A DNA stretch of 64,000 nucleotides from the human T2T-CHM13v2.0 reference genome, Homo sapiens, in assembly GCF_009914755.1 (NCBI RefSeq), contig NC_060931.1; one strand, 5' to 3'. Below are positions 59,231 to 64,000 of the stretch, in pieces. Position numbers and translations under genes: made by a program. Under the pieces are notes generated by a model. It did not search any database, was not told the DNA's origin, and saw only the letters and a program-made list of their open reading frames with translations. Position 1 is the stretch's first letter; each line of letters opens with the position of its first letter.

Positions 59231-60425
59231 TAACCTCCTTTCTTTCTTAAGGTGACTAGTGATGATGTGTCCTGTACAATTAAGAAATCCAAGTATGACA
59301 GCGACCTACCTCCCAGACCTGGGATTACTGTAGCAACACTACTAGTGATCAAATACATTGTCCAAGCAGGTAGTCTAGTAATAGAAATTCCAAGCAACCA
59401 GTTAGATTTCTCTTCCAATCTACCCGCTGCCATGAGTTAATTGCATGACCCTGAGCTCCAATCCCTTCATTTGTCAAACGACGGGCTCTTCCCAGCTATA
59501 AAATTCTGTGATTTTATCATAATTGATCAATTAAGCCCAAATAGTCCCTCCAACAGACAGCCTCAAAGATGCACTTTAGAAAACTCATTGAGTGGGTAAA
59601 TCGTGTGCCCTTAAGTGAGAGTTTATTATCTAACTCTCTGGGAAGCAGACCAGAATTTTCCTCCCAAATGTGAGATTTACTTTAAGCTTAAGTTATTTTT
59701 AAAAGGTAGACAAAACCCATGATATCATCCCTCTATTAATTTGTAGATGTGAAAAGAGACTCCTACCAGTTCTGAGCCTTAGATAAATACACAAGAATAA
59801 TAATAACCTTCGAAGGAAGGTATTGAACGTTAGACAGTTACCAAAGGCAAACGTTATTTGTTCCATGGGAACTCCTCGACTGGGTCTTTTGATTCTGTGT
59901 GTAAGCTGCTAGAGCAGGCAATTACTGTTCTTTTTCTATTCTGGGCCTTAAAATACCTTAGAATTCTTTCTATTGTGGTCCAACGGTTAGGAGGAAGCCT
60001 CCAGCCCCAGTGTGGGAAAGATTCCATGTAACAGTTCTTAAATGAAAACCCCAGGCATGTGGCAGGTGGGCAGAGGCTAGGAGAAGAAGGCTCTTCATTC
60101 ATTCAGTCTGCCCACCATCACCATGTTCCCACTGAGCCATGGCGCCTGGGGTCCATAGACCTCCCCTTGGGGCTCTCAGAGTCAATAGGAGGGACACACA
60201 GTTAAGCAAATTATTTCAATGCAGTATAATGGTTTCTGTAAAATACACATTCAATAACAAGGGAATGATTGAGTACATTATAGTCGATCTATAGAATGGA
60301 GGATTATGCATCAATTAAACGCCGTGTTTTGGAAGAATATTTAATATGGCTTGCTTTTTTTTCACTGACTTTGCTGTTAAGTCAAAGGCAAAGAAAAAGG
60401 CAGGCTACAAAGTTCTATACAGTAT

Positions 60426-60715
60426 GGCTGGGTGCAGTGGCTCAAGCCTATAATCCCAGCACTTTGGGAGGCCGAGGCAAGTGGATCATCTGAGGTCAGG
60501 AGTTTGAGATCAGCCTGGCCAAAATGGTGAAACCCCATCTCTACTTAAAATACAAAAATTTAGCCGAGTATGGTGGTGTTTGCCTATAATCCCAGCTACT
60601 TGGGAGGCTGAGGCAGGAGAATCCAGGAAGTGGAGGGTGCTGTGAACCAAGATTGAACCAATGCACTCCAACCTGGGCAATAGGGTGAGACTCCATCTCA
60701 AAAAAAAAAAAAAAA
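60426..60715 (+). mobile_element. AluS-like
   Basis: Dimer; CTAT(A/G)CAGTAT duplicated on flanks. Confidence 0.9.
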
Positions 60716-60873
60716 TGCTATGCAGTATGAATCCTACGATATGTAAAATATATTATGTATGCATATATACATATGCATATACACACATAGAACATATACT
60801 TCTCTATTGTTTACATATGTGTATAAATACGTGTGTATATATATAATATATATATATATATAGCGAGAAAGAA

Positions 60874-60944
60874 CCACATAAAAGGATAAACATTATATCC
60901 TACCATATAAAGAATAAACATTTATCCACATAAAAGGATGAACA
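60874..60944. repeat. About 3 copies of a ~25-bp unit (CCACATAAAAGGATAAACAT...)
   Basis: Directly visible. Confidence 0.75.
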
Positions 60945-61116
60945 TAGTAGCAAGTAGTTATTGAACTCTTAATACATTCCTTAATATACTCGGGATACTC
61001 TCCTACTCTCTTTATATTCTATATGCCATTTAAGTGCTAAATTTATTTTACACAAAATTATATATGCAAAAGTGTAGCTCTAACATGTGTACAATGTAAA
61101 CAACAAAAATAAATAG

Positions 61117-61555
61117 GGCCAGGCATAGTGGCTCACATCTGTAATCCTAGCACTTTGGGAGGCCAAAGCAGGAGGATAACTTGAGGTCAGGAGTTCAAGA
61201 CTGGCTTGGGCAACATAGGGAGATACCGTCTTTACCAAAAAAAAAAAAAAGTTAGCAGGGCAGGCGCCATGGCTCAGGCCTGTAATCCCAGCACTTTGGG
61301 AGGCTGAGGCGGGGGGACCACCTGAGGTCAGGAGTTCAAGACCAGCCTAGCCAACATGGCGAAACCCCATCTCTACTAAAAATACAAAAATTAGCCAGGT
61401 GTGGTGGCGCATGCTTGTAATCTCAGCTACTTAGGAGGCTGAGGCCGGAGAATGGCTTGAAGTTGGGAGGCAGAGGTTGCAGTGAGCCAAGATTGCACCA
61501 CTGTACCACAGCCTGGGTGATGAGAGTGAAAAAAAAAATTAGCCAGGCATGGTGA
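61117..61555 (+). mobile_element. AluJ left arm with an AluS (61258-61538) nested in the linker
   Basis: AAAA(G/A)TTAGC duplicated around the inner Alu. Confidence 0.85.
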
Positions 61556-61721
61556 CAAACTAACATGGGAACAGAAAACCAAACACCGCATGTTCTCACT
61601 TATAAGTGGGAGTTGAACTATGAGAACACATGGACACAGGGAGGGGAACATCACACACCGGGGCCTGTCCGGTGGTGGGGAGCAAGGGGAGGGAGAGCAT
61701 TAGGACAAATACCTAATGCAT
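61556..61721 (+). mobile_element. Internal L1PA fragment (ORF2 end/3'UTR), no poly-A
   Basis: CAAACTAACATGGGAACAGAAAACCAAACACCGCATGTTCTCACT...ATACCTAATGCAT. Confidence 0.85.
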
Positions 61722-62156
61722 CCACTTTTATTATTTAAATATATTCATTTTTATAGTGTTGCTCATAATCCCAGTATCTACAGTCTTTGTAGATCTGATT
61801 CTATACTTTGTTGTTTCTGTTGGCTCTTGCTCCTAGTGACTTGTTTTCTCCAGAGATGTGTTTGTTTATTCCAGGGTCCAAGGAAATATACCTGTGTGAG
61901 TTTGCTTTAACCTAACATTTTTGGTTGAAGTTTTCCAGGACACGTATGTGGTATGAATTCTGGCCCAACTCCTCATTATATATTTGTCATTAGGGATTCT
62001 CAGAGACTATTTTCTTTGTTCAGTCACACAACTCAGACCTAAGAAAAAGATGGACAATTTTTCCCACACTTATCTCTATAGAACAGGATTTTCATTTAAT
62101 GTATTCACCGAGGGTTTCATCCCTCTAGGGCCCTATCTCTATGAGAAGGCTTCTGA

Positions 62157-62692
<536 letters not shown>

Positions 62693-62801
62693 CATCATTC
62701 TTTATTATTGTTTTTCATTTTCAACTTGTATTTAAGCTCAGCATACTTAAAATATGCTTTAAATATGTTGTTCAGCATTTTTAGGTGTTCTGTATTAGGA
62801 G

Positions 62802-62833
<32 letters not shown>
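62802..62833. repeat. (TG)n microsatellite
   Basis: Directly visible. Confidence 0.95.
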
Positions 62834-62837
<4 letters not shown>

Positions 62838-63843
62838 GGTCTGATATATAGCTTTAAGTAAAAGTTTGCCCACAGTTTTTTTCTAAATTTACTATAAAAT
62901 AATGCTAATAAGCACAGCAAATATCAGCAGTGGTTTAATTTTGAAAGTACTAATGAGTTATTTTTTCTTTATTTTCATTTATATTTTCAGAAATTTAAAG
63001 AGGATCGTTTGTTATTTTTATGAAAGAAACATTATGGCAAGGAATTACATGGTGTAAAGGCAGCAAAACAGGAAGTTAACAATAAAGGAATGAGATGAGA
63101 GAATTCTTCAAAAAGGAGGGAACTGTTGAGCTGATTGTAAAATTCTTACCTGAATTCTGTTAAATATACAATTAAATTTCTAATAAATTATACCTCAAAG
63201 AAGTATACATTAAATTTTTTGTTAAAGGTAATTTGAAGTGTACTTCCATTACTTGTACTGAATATAACCTTGACTAAATCTGACTTCATAGAATTTTTGC
63301 AAAATTTATTTGAGATAATAATTGAAAAATGCTAGCTTAGATGAAATACAGAGTTTTGAAATTTTTAGTAGCATTATATTATAGCAATAAGACTTAAGTA
63401 ATGAAATGAAAAAGCTGCTGGTTATTAAGTTGCTGATTGTATCAGAGTCAAATGGCGTACACTTTTGTTTGAAATTCAGGTGCAGACTTGCAATATAAGA
63501 GAGTACACTTTCCTATATTCCAGTAAACAGTATCCTAATCGCCATCAATAGCATTTGTCAGGCACATGATTCGGGTGTCAGCATTGTGCTAAGAGAGGCA
63601 AAGGTTATATAAGGAAGTATTTACCCTTGAATTTCAAATAATTGTTATGGGGATATGAAAATATAGACAATCCCACTATGGGCTCAGAATTTATTTTTTC
63701 CCCATATTTATTTCCTTCCCCACAACACTTTCTCAGCCTATCCAGTATGCCTTGACGTTACTCCGATTATCCTGATGCATACACCACATGAAATATTATC
63801 TCATCTGTAGGCTCATTTATCTCACTAACAGCAGTTATACTAA

Positions 63844-64000
63844 TTTTTTTTTTTTTTGAGATGGAGTCTAGCTGGAGGTCAGTGGCGAGATCTCAGCTCA
63901 CTGCAAGCTCCACCTCCTGAGTTCACACCATTCTCCCGCCTCAGCCTCCCCAGTAGCTGAGACTACAGGTGCATGCCACCGTGCCCGGCTAATTTTGTTT
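63844..64000 (-). mobile_element. Alu (Y-like), cut by window end
   Basis: CTGCAAGCTCC...GTTCACACCATTCTCC. Confidence 0.88.

Noticed and set aside
58652-61721. L1 fragment at 61556 as an inverted (twin-primed) part of the L1 at 58652
   Set aside because: The 58652 L1 is closed by its own 18-bp TSD, and the 61556 piece contains bases deleted in that copy.

Overview
This is repeat-dense, apparently non-coding hominid DNA (an SVA, an LTR12C and AluY copies point to human or another great ape). I can support no intact protein-coding gene or RNA gene. Most ORFs in the track are translations of Alu, LTR, L1 or SVA-VNTR sequence. The window holds about 55 Alus or Alu fragments, many MaLR/ERVL/ERV1 solo LTRs, an internally deleted Hsmar2 mariner, MER1/MER2/MER47 DNA elements, L1 fragments and a 5'-truncated SVA_A-like element. 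The most unusual region is about 47.9-51.6 kb. It looks like a patchwork of locally templated copies: a 38-bp perfect inverted copy of 45187-45224, then permuted copies of 51471-51624 and 51056-51206, with TCTTGG microhomology at the first junction. This patchwork abuts a CpG-decayed, Kozak-bearing retrocopy-like fragment, and an SVA carrying a 3' transduction later inserted into it. Repeat subfamily names are recognised from memory of consensus sequences, not from a database search. Many element boundaries are approximate.
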